Shown here: piece after piece, positions 9,389 through 18,750 of the stretch | Layout of the letters: each line of letters opens with the position of its first letter | Position numbering within the stretch: position 1 is the stretch's first letter | NCBI GenBank assembly: GCA_040255465.1 | Contig: JBDZVA010000001.1 | Location: 130,021-194,020, forward strand | DNA: 64,000 bases | Reading direction: 5' to 3' | Origin: Planctomycetaceae bacterium | GTDB lineage: Bacteria > Planctomycetota > Phycisphaerae > Phycisphaerales > UBA5793 | Notes under the pieces: generated by a model | Seen by the model: the letters and a program-made list of their open reading frames with translations, nothing else | Databases searched by the model: none | What the model was told of the DNA's origin: nothing | Made by a program: the position numbers and the translations under genes

Positions 9389-9577
9389 TGGAAAACGCTT
9401 TCCTAAAACGGAAGCCTGCTGATTTGAAAACTCCACCACCGACCGCGCCAAACCACGAAGTTGATTCATCCCTTGGCCAGTGTCGGTCCAACCAGACAAA
9501 GGTAATTCTTCTTCGCGTGTTTGTCAACCCCTAATCCACCGAATCGACGCACTTCTGTGAGACATGCAAAAGTTTTT

Positions 9578-10495
9578 TCAGCGCGACTCGCTTGCCTCCG
9601 CCTCGGCGCACTGCTGCTCGTAGCGCGCGCGATTCTCAGCGTGATCCATCAAAAGGAACACACGCTTCGCCCCATCAGCGCCGAGCCGGTCGTGCAGCAC
9701 CTTCTTGGCCGCCACCAGATTTGTGCGCCTCGATATGTGCGTCAGCACCACAGCTTCCGCGTCGATGCGCTCAAGCAGTTCCGCGATGTCATCGACGTGA
9801 ACGTGTTTGCCGACAACCGCGCGCTCCTTGTGCTCCGGCTCGAAAAAGGTGCACTCGATCACCAGGATCTTCGCCTTGCGCACGACCTCCCCAAGCAGAT
9901 GTGGTCCAGGAAGTGTGTCCCCTACATACGCGACAAGCGGCACGCGCAGCTCGCGGGTGATCTCCGTGCCTTCCACCTTCAACTGCCGCAACTTGTCCTG
10001 CGGCATGCCGATGAATTCATCGCGCAACTTCGTCCTGCGTTCGACGACTCCCCAGCCCACACTGGGTACCGTGTGATCCACCTCGAAAGGGCCGAGGAAG
10101 AGGTTGTTCTTGATCTCCGTCGTTTCGCCTGGCGACAGGCCGATGATCTCGTGCGTCGTGCGCTGCTGCTCGAGATCGATCCACCCCTGCATCATCGCTC
10201 GCACAGCCGGCTCAATACGCTTGTCGCAGACACACGTTCCCATGCCCATTCCCTGGAACCAGCGCTGGCTGAAGTAGTACGGCAGGCCCGCGACATGGTC
10301 CATGTGGCCGTGCGTCAACGCAATGTACTTGGCCGACAGCATCGGCCGGCCACAAAGGCCGATGTCGAAGCAGATGTCGAACTCCGGCACCATGACCGCA
10401 GTTGCCTCGCCGGCAATCGAGTAGCCCTCGATGCGAAATGGTGGGAAGTAGAGGTAGCCAAGTTGGCCGAGCCGCGGCGGGGGCTTGGGAAGCAT
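9578..10495 (-). CDS. MBL-fold metallo-hydrolase (RNase Z/ElaC-like)
   Basis: HxHxDH motif LTHGHMDHVAGL. Start moved to MLPKPPPRLGQLGYLYF (cat 10493-10495) within ORF 9578..10738. Confidence 0.75.
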   Translation of the reverse strand: MLPKPPPRLGQLGYLYFPPFRIEGYSIAGEATAVMVPEFDICFDIGLCGRPMLSAKYIALTHGHMDHVAGLPYYFSQRWFQGMGMGTCVCDKRIEPAVRAMMQGWIDLEQQRTTHEIIGLSPGETTEIKNNLFLGPFEVDHTVPSVGWGVVERRTKLRDEFIGMPQDKLRQLKVEGTEITRELRVPLVAYVGDTLPGPHLLGEVVRKAKILVIECTFFEPEHKERAVVGKHVHVDDIAELLERIDAEAVVLTHISRRTNLVAAKKVLHDRLGADGAKRVFLLMDHAENRARYEQQCAEAEASESR

Positions 10496-10902
10496 CTGGG
10501 AATCTCCACACCCGGGCTTTCGCTCGGGCGGAATGCAAGTCGATGGTCCACGAGTCAATACGGCGCGACGGAGCCGCGCAGCGCATCGGCATTGTAGACG
10601 CTGCGGAATGAGGCATCGAGGCATGCGGGCATCGGGTCTGGTCGGGCCATGAAAAGCTGCGGCGAGAGCCCCATGCGAAGCCTGTGCTGACGAGGGGAGA
10701 TGATGAATGTGGAGTTCTACAAGGTGCGGCCTCATCAACGCGATGCGTGCCCATGATCAGCGAAGCGAATACGTGCACTCACTGCATGACGCATGGACCG
10801 TGATGTTCCGGTTGCGGAAGAGACGAACATGAGGTGAGATCAGCTGCCGCCCTCGGTTCATCGCGCCCGCAATACATCGCATCGACTCAATTCTTGTCAT
10901 GC

Positions 10903-10939
10903 CCAAAACGACACCCGGCCACGCATGTGCGTGGCCGGG
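10903..10939 (-). terminator. rho-independent terminator hairpin
   Basis: Arms CCCGGCCACGCA / TGCGTGGCCGGG (10914-10939). On the minus strand it is followed by TGTCGTTTTGGG. Located 28 nt downstream of the stop of 10967-14002. Confidence 0.6.
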
Positions 10940-10966
10940 CGGGTGAGTCAATTCACTGGACGCCGA

Positions 10967-13900
10967 TCAATTGATCGTTGCGCGAATCACGTTGGACGTG
11001 TTGCGATTCTCCGCGGACTGAATCCAAACGGAGATGTTGCTGGGCGCGCCGTTGGGGATGACCATGCTGAGTACGGCCGTGCCCGCGGCGTCGGCGATGG
11101 ATGAGCCGGCGAGCGTGGGTCGGGCGAGACTCAGTGTGGCATTGAGTGCGGGAACAAACGTTGAACCCAGGCCGCGCGTGCTGTAAACGACGTAGACTCG
11201 TCCACCCGGCAGGGCGGCGCGAGTTGTGAACGTCTCAAGGTTGCCGCGCCTCAGCACAGTCGGCGCTTCGAGGACAAGAGACTGGTCGGAATCGACACGG
11301 CCGACCCAGGTGCGCCAGTTGGTGCCGGTGCCTTCGTTGTACTCATGGTGTGACCAGAAGACGCCGGGCTCGGCCGGGTCTTCGTCGACGCCGGCGTAGT
11401 CCCCCCAGCGGCCGCCGGTGTGCGCGCCGTTGCTCTCAACCAGGCGCGATTCCGCGCGGAAGGTTCCGTTCGGATCACCGGCCTTGCGGACGAAGCGCGA
11501 GACGAAGGGATAGTCGTTGACAGATGAGCGATTGGCGCAAATGACCATGTCGCCTTCGGCGTCGACGCCGATGTCTTGGAACCAGGAGTGCTGGCCCGTA
11601 CCCGGATTGAGATTGCCGGACTGGGTGAGCGTCGGATTCTGGCCGGAGGTGGGCCAGCCGTTCATGGCGACCTGGTACCAGCGGACGCGTGCGGTGTTGT
11701 CTTCGCCGGTGGCGTGTCCGAGGTAGAGCGAGCCAGCGCGGTAGACGCCGTGCTTGATGCGGTAGTCAACGGTTGCCAGACGGTTGGATGAGCCGCGCTG
11801 CGGTACGCTGGGCGGGTTGGAGAATGACGGCACCGCGAGGTCGAACTGGCTGAGCGTGGGGTTGGTCAGCGCGTTGCGCAGGCCGTAGATACGGACCCGG
11901 GTGCTCGAGCCGCTGTAGGTGGTCGCGAAGTAATGTGCCGGGGCGTTGGTGTCAAAGTCGTCGGTGCCGCACAGTGAGATTTGGCCGTTGACGGTCCGGA
12001 CGTACGTCATGGTGACGGGGTTGCCCGAGAGCATGGGGGTCTTGTTGAAGATGTGAATGACATTGCCGCCACCGCCGAAGTAGTCGGCACAGATGAAGTA
12101 GGCGTCCTTGCCGATGCTCAGGTTTTCGAAGTCGACAAAGGAGCCGATCGAGTTGAGCGTGAAGCGGTACTTGTGCCAGCCATCAGTCGGGTCGGAGGTC
12201 TTGGAGACGGCCACATCGAGACGACTCTGACTTGAATTACCACCTTCATGTTCAGCTGCCACGACCACATAGCGGCCGGCATAGTGGTCATACTGTGCGA
12301 CCGGATCGAAGACGAAGTAGTTGGCGCCGAGATCGCCCCAGAAATCTTCGAGGTACTGTTCGGAGATCTGGTTGCCGGCCTTGTCGAGAACCATGATGCG
12401 CATGTTCACGACGGCGATCACGTGATTGGGACCGACGGCGAGATCCGGATCCGGCGGCTGCCACTCGGTGGTCGTGAACGCCTGGAACCCGAAGTCGGGG
12501 CCAGCCGTCGCGGGGAAGAGCTCACGCTCCTGCGGCTTCCAGTTCTCCGTGCGGATCGGCGGAGCCGTCAGGTCGGTGGCGACGAGATCCTGACCCGCGG
12601 CGAGGGCCTCAACGGCCGGCGGCGCAGGAAGCTCAAGGGATGGCGGTGCGGCGACGGTCAGACCAATGCCCGAGTCGTCCGTTCCCGCCTGGCCATTCCA
12701 CGCAATCGCGATCGTGCCCAGGCTCGAGAAGGCGAGACGCTGTGAGTTGGAGGCAGCGGCGAGGGTGTGCTGGCCTTCACTGCCCTGATTGATGGTGAAG
12801 GGATCGCTCACGCGCTGGCCATCAGCCGAAACAGTGCGGGCCAAGACGGTCGACGGAGTGATGGGTTCGATCTCTGGCGTCCACGCGGGGACGTTGCCAA
12901 ACACGTTGTACGCCACGATGAAGGAATCATCGGCGGCGACGGTGACGGCTGCGCCGGACTGCCACGGACCAGTAAACGTCGAGATCGTCTGCAGGCTGTC
13001 GACAGGCTGAAGGTCGGCATCAAACCGCTGCGCGACGATGTCGTAGCCGGTGGCGTCCTGTGGCAGACGCATCCAGGCCATGATCAGGTTGTCGTGGCTG
13101 TCGACGGCGAGGGACGGCTCGATGTGCGTCGAGTTGGTGTAGTCGACCGTGAGATGGCGAACAACGCCGAGCGGCGCTTCATCCGTGGCGGCCAGCGTGC
13201 GGGCAAAGAGACCGGCAGGCTCGCCGGTTGCACTCACGTGGTCCCACGCGATGACAAAACGGCCATCAGAGAGGGCCTTGGTAGTGGCGAGGCGGTCGTG
13301 TCCGTCGGCCGAGGAGCCAATCACAATCTCATCCGAGATGGGCTGGCCACTCACATCGAAGAGACGAGCAGTGGCGACGGCGTCGCGCGATTCGGCCGCA
13401 CTCGACCAGACAATGCAAATCTGCCCGGCTGCGTTGATCGCGAGGCTGGGGTCGGTCTGCGCGCCCTTGGTTGTTGAATTGACGAGAATCTCATCGCCCA
13501 TCGGGGCGTAGGAACCGTCCTTGGGGGTGAAGCCGCGGAGGTAGATGCCGCCTTCGTCGCCATCCTGGCCATCGGACTGCCATGCCACCCAGGCGCGGCC
13601 CTGCTTGTCGAACGCAACGGCGGCTTCGTGCTGCAGGCCAGGCGCGTACTGGTTGATGCGGAACTCAGTACCCAGCGGCCGGCCGAGCGGATCGAGGAAC
13701 TGACCAACCACGCCGTAGGACCCGAGCTCCTGTCGGCGGCTGTCCCAGGCGATCAGCACATTGCCCGCTGAGTCGACATCAAGACATGCGCGATCCTGCA
13801 GACTGCGCGTGAACGTGTTGGCCTGAGCCTCATAGAAGCGCAAAGAGGAGAGGTCCAGCGGGCGATCGCCCACAACCGCAAGGTTGGCGGCCTCACCGCA

Positions 13901-14002
13901 GCACTGGGCATTGGCCAGTGAGGCGCTGAGCGCAAAGGCGGAGATGGCGGCGGCATAGCCGAGCGGCCGCAGATGGCGGGAACGGTGTGACAGGTGGTTC
14001 AT
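10967..14002 (-). CDS. large secreted repeat protein, unknown function
   Basis: ORF 10967..14137. Start at MNHLSHRSRHLRPLGYAAAISAFALSASLANAQ (signal peptide). N-terminal half has about 7 repeats of the type A-[VI]-A-x-D..G....[VI]-[AV]-W......G-[IL]-[FY]-x-R. C-terminal ~100 aa module is shared with other secreted proteins. Confidence 0.8.
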   Translation of the reverse strand: MNHLSHRSRHLRPLGYAAAISAFALSASLANAQCCGEAANLAVVGDRPLDLSSLRFYEAQANTFTRSLQDRACLDVDSAGNVLIAWDSRRQELGSYGVVGQFLDPLGRPLGTEFRINQYAPGLQHEAAVAFDKQGRAWVAWQSDGQDGDEGGIYLRGFTPKDGSYAPMGDEILVNSTTKGAQTDPSLAINAAGQICIVWSSAAESRDAVATARLFDVSGQPISDEIVIGSSADGHDRLATTKALSDGRFVIAWDHVSATGEPAGLFARTLAATDEAPLGVVRHLTVDYTNSTHIEPSLAVDSHDNLIMAWMRLPQDATGYDIVAQRFDADLQPVDSLQTISTFTGPWQSGAAVTVAADDSFIVAYNVFGNVPAWTPEIEPITPSTVLARTVSADGQRVSDPFTINQGSEGQHTLAAASNSQRLAFSSLGTIAIAWNGQAGTDDSGIGLTVAAPPSLELPAPPAVEALAAGQDLVATDLTAPPIRTENWKPQERELFPATAGPDFGFQAFTTTEWQPPDPDLAVGPNHVIAVVNMRIMVLDKAGNQISEQYLEDFWGDLGANYFVFDPVAQYDHYAGRYVVVAAEHEGGNSSQSRLDVAVSKTSDPTDGWHKYRFTLNSIGSFVDFENLSIGKDAYFICADYFGGGGNVIHIFNKTPMLSGNPVTMTYVRTVNGQISLCGTDDFDTNAPAHYFATTYSGSSTRVRIYGLRNALTNPTLSQFDLAVPSFSNPPSVPQRGSSNRLATVDYRIKHGVYRAGSLYLGHATGEDNTARVRWYQVAMNGWPTSGQNPTLTQSGNLNPGTGQHSWFQDIGVDAEGDMVICANRSSVNDYPFVSRFVRKAGDPNGTFRAESRLVESNGAHTGGRWGDYAGVDEDPAEPGVFWSHHEYNEGTGTNWRTWVGRVDSDQSLVLEAPTVLRRGNLETFTTRAALPGGRVYVVYSTRGLGSTFVPALNATLSLARPTLAGSSIADAAGTAVLSMVIPNGAPSNISVWIQSAENRNTSNVIRATIN

Positions 14003-14218
14003 GTGGTCTGGGCTCCGGATTGGCGGCGTGTTTGACAGAAATGTCTGGAAGGTATTGCCGTGACAGAGGTTGTGGTTGCGGTCTGATAACCGCTTCCGGG
14101 GTTGCGTCTGGAGATGGTACCAGAAAGGTGCGCTCAAAATCCCTTACAGCAACGTTTTGCGCCGGTTTTTTGTTCCAGCGGAGGTGGTCGAGGTCAGGTT
14201 GTCCGCATCTGGTAGAGT

Positions 14219-15067
14219 ATGGGGGGCTTGCATCTCACCAACCCCCCGATTCCGGGGAGATGCCCCGGGGGATCCGCGAGCCGCGAAGGGAGTCCAGGCC
14301 GAGTGAATTCCACACACTCCAGGTCGTGGCGACACTCGGTGGCCACTGCGCTGTTGTACACCGGCGGGCTGCTGGCACTCACGAACCTGGCGTGGTCGGG
14401 TTGGTTCGCATGGCGTCTCGGTGACGCCTATGAGATCGCGCGGGGATCACGCGGAAACATCCCGGTTGGACTCTCGGCCAGCGCCATCGAGGGGCCTCAC
14501 CGTGTTGTCCTGAACGCATTACCATCCGTTGAACGACAGTTCCCCTGGCTGTCCCTGTCGTCCGGAACCATCGAGCTCGCTGACGCGGACAACGCCAGCG
14601 CGCCGCCCGGTGGTCCCGATCTGCTCGGTCGACAGTTTCCCGGCTGGGCGGCGGCGGGTGCAAGAAGGCACTCCCATGAAATCACGCCAACCGAGACTGG
14701 GTGGATGGAGATCGCCGGCGTCGGCTGGCCGCTGCGATTGCTCTGGTGCGGCTGGGATCGTGATGCTGAGGTGACCCACACCTGGATCACCACCGGTCTG
14801 GTTATACGTGAAGCGGAGAGCAGCGCTGAAACTCCGATTGTGCTTCCCTTTCGGCCCATCTGGTCCGGGCAGGCCGCTTATACGGGCTTCTGGCTCGCGC
14901 TGGTTTGTGGTCTGCGAATGATCCGCCGCTGCTGGCGCCGCCGGCGCGGCCGATGCGCGCAGTGCGGCTACGACCTGCGCGGCAACACCAGCGGCGTGTG
15001 CCCGGAGTGCGGGGCCGACATGGAGCAGCAGAAGCGCCGGACCCCGGAAGAGAATGCGGTGGCCTGA
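14219..15067 (+). CDS. membrane protein with C-terminal CxxCxY..CPECG zinc-ribbon
   Basis: N-terminal TM (VATALLYTGGLLALTNLAWSGWFAW), second TM, basic stretch RRCWRRRRGR, then CAQCGYDLRGNTSGVCPECGA. Confidence 0.7.
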   Translation: MGGLHLTNPPIPGRCPGGSASREGSPGRVNSTHSRSWRHSVATALLYTGGLLALTNLAWSGWFAWRLGDAYEIARGSRGNIPVGLSASAIEGPHRVVLNALPSVERQFPWLSLSSGTIELADADNASAPPGGPDLLGRQFPGWAAAGARRHSHEITPTETGWMEIAGVGWPLRLLWCGWDRDAEVTHTWITTGLVIREAESSAETPIVLPFRPIWSGQAAYTGFWLALVCGLRMIRRCWRRRRGRCAQCGYDLRGNTSGVCPECGADMEQQKRRTPEENAVA

Positions 15068-15825
15068 TGTACCGATTCATCAAACACGCGTTCTCCATCC
15101 CACGCCAGTCGTTTCGCCCCGTCCAGGACGAGCCGCTGGTCCAATGGTCGCAGTGGGATGAACTTGGCAAGACGCGCAAGCACACAGGATCACCCCTTCG
15201 CGTTCGCTGCGCATACTGCCAGGCAATGATCGACAACGTCGATCGCGACGCGATCTGTCCAAAGTGCCGGCTTCCAGTCGAACTCTCACTGAGTTTCGGC
15301 CGACCGCGGTTAAAGATGTACCGGATCGCCGTACTGGGCATGGGCGTGCTCGGCCTGTTTGCCGTGGTTGTGGCGCTGATGAGAGTTGGGGGATTCGGGA
15401 GCGTCTTTGGCGTCTTTGATCCGCTGCTCCTCCCGCTGTGTTTCGGCATCGGTTGTGTCGTTGGGCTGGGGAGCGCGCCAGTTGTATCAGTCATGCTCGA
15501 ACGTGCGGACTTCCGTTGCGCGCTGCCCCTTGTCTACGGCGGTTCGGCGATCGTAGTGGCGTTCTACCTCGCCAACACCTATTCATTCTGCTTCCCAATT
15601 GACTCCGCACTGCCGGCACTTCTCTCTGTATGTGGGCTAAGCGTTGTCGCGAGCTACACATGTCCGTCCATTCGCGCTCCACACCCAGACCACTGTGCCA
15701 AGTGCGATTACGATCTCTTCGGCAGCAGCGGAACAGTTTGTCCGGAGTGCGGAGCCGCGATCAGCCTGACGGGTGAGCGAGGCTTGAGTCCACAATGCCC
15801 AGATGATGGACCGGCGCAGGCTTGA
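15067..15825 (+). CDS. multi-TM protein with two zinc-ribbons
   Basis: ATG 15067 shares its A with the TGA of the upstream gene (TGATG). CAYCQAMIDNVDRDAICPKC near the N-terminus, 4 TM helices, C-terminal CAKCDYDLFGSSGTVCPECGA. ORF track lists the longer 14905..15825. Confidence 0.65.
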   Translation: MYRFIKHAFSIPRQSFRPVQDEPLVQWSQWDELGKTRKHTGSPLRVRCAYCQAMIDNVDRDAICPKCRLPVELSLSFGRPRLKMYRIAVLGMGVLGLFAVVVALMRVGGFGSVFGVFDPLLLPLCFGIGCVVGLGSAPVVSVMLERADFRCALPLVYGGSAIVVAFYLANTYSFCFPIDSALPALLSVCGLSVVASYTCPSIRAPHPDHCAKCDYDLFGSSGTVCPECGAAISLTGERGLSPQCPDDGPAQA

Positions 15826-15886
15826 TCCTCGTGCGCTGGAACCAACGGCCTCACTGGTGCGTTGGACCGATCGCGTCTACCGCTCT

Positions 15887-18034
15887 TCAGTCGGCTTCCT
15901 TCGACTCCACGTTCACCACCACACCCTCAGGCAGTGCGTTGAGGAACTTGCGGCCGTAGAACTTGGTCACGATGCGCGAGTCGAGGACGACAAAGCGGCC
16001 GGTATCGGTTGTTGAGCGAATCAACCGCCCGAACCCCTGCTTGAATCGAATCACCGCGCGCGGCAGTGAGTCTTCCATGAAGGGGTTGCCCCCCCGCTGC
16101 TTGATGCGCTCGAGTCGCGCTTCGATCAGCGGGCGGTCGGGCACGTCAAAGGGCAGGCGGGTGATGATGACGTTGCGCAGGTTGCGGCCGCGCACATCGA
16201 CACCCTGCCAGAAGCTCGCCGTCCCCAGCAGGACACTGCGTTCATCTTCGCGGAAACGTTTGAGCAGCAGGCCGCGCGGCCCGTCCTGGCCGTGAATGAG
16301 CAGTGGGAACTCCTCGACGCCCGTTTCGCGACACTCAACAAGCAGTCGATCCGCCACATGATTGAGCATCGCGAAACTCGTGAACAGCACAAACGCCCCG
16401 CCATCGGTCGCGCGGAGATGATGCAGCACGCGCGGCACAAGTCGATCAACGTACGACCCATCGCCGGGATCGGGCAGGTCGCGCTCGATGATCATCTTGA
16501 CCTGACGCGCGTAGTCGAACGGGCTGCCGAGTTGGAGTTCTTCGGCGTCGGTGCATCCGAGACGGGTGCGCAGGTGGTTGAAGTCGCCGCGCCCCGTCGT
16601 GAGCGTGGCGCTGGTCAGGATAATACTCGGACGTTTCAACATGTTGCTTGTGGTAGGCGCCGGCGCCGTCGAGGGCCGTGCCTGTTCCTCGTCCACGTCG
16701 GATTCATCCAACGTCTCATCGCTCATCTCAACCGCTTGCGCCTTCGCTTCCTTTTCAAACAGATGCTCGCGCAACACGGGTCCCACTTCGACGGGCGAAC
16801 ACGACAGACTCACGCGGCGCGATGCGCGATGCTCGCTGCGGGCCCCCACCTCCACCCAGTACACGCATCCGCCGAGAACCTGCTCCGTGAGCGCCGCGGC
16901 GTCGCCGGCGATGGCGGACGCCCGCTGCATATACGAATTCAACTCAAACTGATCCTCCTCGCGCTTAGCGCATTCTTTGAGCCGGCGCAGGCGCAGCGCC
17001 AGTTCCGTAGCGACAGGGCTAAGGGTATTCTCAACAAGATTGGGTTCATGGAGTCGCACCGTCTGCTGGCTGCCACGCTTTCGTTCGTAGTAAGCGATCC
17101 AGTTATCGAAGTAGGCCCGCATCGCGGCGCGGCAGCGGCTGACGGTGCTGAGCGTCTCGTTGATCGCTTCATCACCATCGTCCTGCACTTCAAGTGACGC
17201 CAGAAAGCCGCGGGGTCGGGTTTGGGCCTTGCTGCGTCGATCGGCGTAGAGGGCGTTGAGCAGATGCGCGACGCGCCCTTCAGTCAGTGACAGACCGAAG
17301 TGCTCGCACGCGACATCCTCGATGTTGTGCGCTTCATCGAAGATGACATGGTCATAGCGCGGCAGAAAACCGACCCCCTGACTGCGCAGCGCGAGGTCGG
17401 AAAAGAACAGGGCGTGGTTGCACACGAGAATGTTGGCCGCCTCCATGCGCCGCCGGGCGCTCTGGAAGAAACACTTGCGGTACGTCGGGCAGCGGCGGCC
17501 CATGCAGTTGTCAGCGTCGGACTGCACGCGATCCCAGATGTCCGGGCGGGCCAGTTGAGGCAGTGTGGCAAGGGTGCCATCGGTCGTCTCGTAGGCCCAG
17601 TCCTCGATCATGTGCAGGTCGTCAAGCTGGGCGCGGTCGGGGAACAGGACCTTCTGCCGCTCACTGGCGAGTTTGAGGCGCCTGATCGACATGTAGTTGC
17701 CGCGCCCTTTCACGAGCACGGCGGTGAACTCCTCAGGCAACGCGGCCTGGAGCAGCGGGATGTCCTTGTCCATCAACTGCTCCTGCAGGCTGATGGTGTT
17801 GGTCGCAATCACCACGCGTTCGCGAGCGTGAACCGCGCGCTGGATGGCGGGCAGCAGGTACGCAAAGCTCTTTCCGACCCCCGTGCCGGCCTCGACGAGC
17901 AGGTGCCCGCGATTGGCCAGCGCCTGTTCCACCGCCCGGGCCATCTCTGTCTGCTGCGGCCGGGCCTCGAAGCCGGCAATGCGGCGGGCGATCGGCCCGT
18001 CCGGCGACAGCAGATTGGTCATTGTCTCAGACAT
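15887..18034 (-). CDS. dinG: ATP-dependent DNA helicase, DinG/Rad3 (XPD-like Fe-S) family
   Basis: Walker A EAGTGVGKSFAYL, DEAH box VIFDEAHNIEDV, Cys cluster CMGRRCPTYRKC..VCNH. Start at MSETMTNLL (cat 18032-18034) inside ORF 15887..18442. Confidence 0.88.
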   Translation of the reverse strand: MSETMTNLLSPDGPIARRIAGFEARPQQTEMARAVEQALANRGHLLVEAGTGVGKSFAYLLPAIQRAVHARERVVIATNTISLQEQLMDKDIPLLQAALPEEFTAVLVKGRGNYMSIRRLKLASERQKVLFPDRAQLDDLHMIEDWAYETTDGTLATLPQLARPDIWDRVQSDADNCMGRRCPTYRKCFFQSARRRMEAANILVCNHALFFSDLALRSQGVGFLPRYDHVIFDEAHNIEDVACEHFGLSLTEGRVAHLLNALYADRRSKAQTRPRGFLASLEVQDDGDEAINETLSTVSRCRAAMRAYFDNWIAYYERKRGSQQTVRLHEPNLVENTLSPVATELALRLRRLKECAKREEDQFELNSYMQRASAIAGDAAALTEQVLGGCVYWVEVGARSEHRASRRVSLSCSPVEVGPVLREHLFEKEAKAQAVEMSDETLDESDVDEEQARPSTAPAPTTSNMLKRPSIILTSATLTTGRGDFNHLRTRLGCTDAEELQLGSPFDYARQVKMIIERDLPDPGDGSYVDRLVPRVLHHLRATDGGAFVLFTSFAMLNHVADRLLVECRETGVEEFPLLIHGQDGPRGLLLKRFREDERSVLLGTASFWQGVDVRGRNLRNVIITRLPFDVPDRPLIEARLERIKQRGGNPFMEDSLPRAVIRFKQGFGRLIRSTTDTGRFVVLDSRIVTKFYGRKFLNALPEGVVVNVESKEAD

Positions 18035-18161
18035 CCGGCGATTGTAAGGGGGGCGTAGAGTCGGAATGTCTGACGCCGTGGGTGCATCGGGCGAAAAACA
18101 GAAGTTCCGCTCCCAAAGACGAGAGCAGATTGTGTAAAATGAGCCCCCGAAGGAGAACGCC

Positions 18162-18569
18162 ATGACACAAAACAGATCGAGAGTGCTTCGTTGGACGACC
18201 CCGCTTCTTGGTGGCGCCATCGCGCTGACCATGGCCGGGTGCGCCTCAAAACCTTCGCCTTCGCACATTGCAGCGTTCTGGACACAGTGGGATGAAGATG
18301 TCGTGGTGCAGCTCCATGGGCAGAAGCCCACCATCGAGATCGCCAACCAGGGACCGGGATCCATCGGCCGGGTGGACATCATGAACGGTGATGAGACGAC
18401 CTCGCTCTCGGGTATCCCGCCCCACGGGGTGAGCATGTTCACGCTGCGGGAAGGGTCGCGCGTCCGTATCGCCGACTCATCCGGCGCGCAGGCCGCGATC
18501 CGAATCTGGTCGGCAGATACCTACGACCTGGTGGCCGAGGACCGGTCGGAATCCGCTTCGAAGAAGTAA
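18162..18569 (+). CDS. hypothetical lipoprotein
   Basis: Signal peptide with lipobox LTMAGC. No other motif. Confidence 0.55.
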   Translation: MTQNRSRVLRWTTPLLGGAIALTMAGCASKPSPSHIAAFWTQWDEDVVVQLHGQKPTIEIANQGPGSIGRVDIMNGDETTSLSGIPPHGVSMFTLREGSRVRIADSSGAQAAIRIWSADTYDLVAEDRSESASKK

Positions 18570-18750
18570 CGTATCTGCCACAACCTAACGCGGCCATCGA
18601 CGCGCCGCGCGTGCCGCCGATGCGTCGGCCAGCGCCGGATCGTTCCGGGCCTGATGGGAAACAGCCTTCGCTCGCGCCTTGCGCTGGCATCGAGTGGCAA
18701 TCGCGGGAGAGCTCCCCCACTTTCGCGGCCGATTCGGGTACACTGGTCGT

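Noticed and set aside
9521-10597. 358-aa plus-strand ORF
   Set aside because: It is antisense to the MBL-fold gene that carries HGHMDH. It has no motifs of its own.
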